This document shows, in pieces, positions 63,115 through 64,000 of a stretch of DNA of 64,000 bases (its first letter is position 1; each line of letters begins with the position of its first letter). The translations under genes were made by a program, and so were the position numbers. The stretch covers positions 1-64,000 of the forward strand of contig PPNB01000018.1 in assembly GCA_003707115.1 (NCBI GenBank). Reading direction: 5' to 3'. The stretch is from Tortispora ganteri. Lineage: Eukaryota. The notes beneath the pieces were generated by a model, which saw nothing but the letters and a program-made list of their open reading frames with translations, was not told the DNA's origin and searched no databases.

Positions 63115-64000
63115 ATGGATTACGTACCTGATACGGACAACCGCCCGCTACTTCTAGAACAGGCACCAGAGATTCATAATGGGCCAAAATACAGACCTTG
63201 GTACCCTGACCCAGTAAACAGGTCAAATATACCCATATACTACTCAGTGTTCCAGGCTCCATACCCTGACCCGCCCCCGCTGCCGGATCAGTCTCGCGAA
63301 CTAGAACATTTCCAATCAGTCGTCCAAGCTGCCAAACATGCAATGGCTAATGGCGTCGATCCGTTGCTGGTTTCTTCGGGCTCATCAGGATCTTATTTTA
63401 TCAGAGATATGGACAAAAAGATCCTCGCTATCTTTAAACCCAAGGACGAAGAACCTTATGGCCCGCTGAGCCCGAAATGGGCAAAATGGATCCACAGAAA
63501 TTTGTTCCCTTGCTTCTTCGGTCGCAGTTGTCTTATACCGAACTCTGGATACACCTCTGAAGCCGCTGCTTGTATTTTAGACCGCCGTTTAGCTACCAAT
63601 ATCGTCCCATACACTGCAATTGTTGAACTCAGTTCACCTGCGTTCTATTACGGCTTCTGGACCCAGCACGGTTGCTACTCTCATAGAAAACTGCCTCCAA
63701 AACTCGGATCCTTCCAGTTGTTTCTCCACGACTATCAGGATGCATCTACCTTTTTACGCAAACATCCCTGGCCGGAACAGCACTACTGGGGAAATGCCGC
63801 AGCCACCGCGTCAACTCCACCACCACAATCTGCCTCTTCCGCCTCTGCCGCCGATTCTACCGATACCACCAGCGCAAATGACCCTTGGACACACACAATG
63901 CAGGATACTGACAATTCATCCGATGTTCATATGTTGAATTCGCTTCAACCTTCTACAACAGTCAGTGCTCCCCCTACAAATTTCTTCTGGACAGCTGATC
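63115..64000 (+). CDS. LSB6: Type II phosphatidylinositol 4-kinase (3' end lies outside the window; absent from the ORF track)
   Basis: Manual translation from ATG 63115 stays open to the window end: SGSSGSYF, IFKPKDEEPYGPLSPKWAKWIHRNLFPCFFGRSCLIPN, PKLGSFQLF. Confidence 0.94.
   Translation, partial: MDYVPDTDNRPLLLEQAPEIHNGPKYRPWYPDPVNRSNIPIYYSVFQAPYPDPPPLPDQSRELEHFQSVVQAAKHAMANGVDPLLVSSGSSGSYFIRDMDKKILAIFKPKDEEPYGPLSPKWAKWIHRNLFPCFFGRSCLIPNSGYTSEAAACILDRRLATNIVPYTAIVELSSPAFYYGFWTQHGCYSHRKLPPKLGSFQLFLHDYQDASTFLRKHPWPEQHYWGNAAATASTPPPQSASSASAADSTDTTSANDPWTHTMQDTDNSSDVHMLNSLQPSTTVSAPPTNFFWTAD

Overview
Gene-dense eukaryotic chromosomal segment from an ascomycete yeast. CTG reads as Leu at conserved sites, and the introns are short, with GTAHGT donors and TACTAAC/TGCTAAC branch points. 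Retained ancestral features (complex I assembly factor NDUFAF2, dynactin p25, a Pom1/DYRK2-class kinase, C1-domain Bzz1, DEUBAD-type Rpn13) point by inference to an early-diverging Saccharomycotina lineage; the species cannot be determined. There are about 37 protein genes, mostly housekeeping, from a 5'-truncated POL3 to a 3'-truncated LSB6 that the ORF track misses. Five genes need splicing (EFB1, ERV41, DBP5, ARF6, PMI40). The U18/snR18 C/D snoRNA sits in EFB1 intron 2. Also present: a tandem pair of ferric reductases, three GPI-type wall proteins, several orphan ORFs and a few micro/minisatellites. I saw no tRNA, rRNA, transposon or CRISPR. I cannot demonstrate a new multi-gene system. The best leads are a candidate structured ncRNA ending in hairpin+T8 (25750-26002), a recurring promoter 10-mer AAACCYTAWT, a GAG splice acceptor in PMI40, an alternating-Ala GPI wall protein, a motif-partitioned THI20/FRE promoter and a possible minimal Med27/Med3-like ORF.
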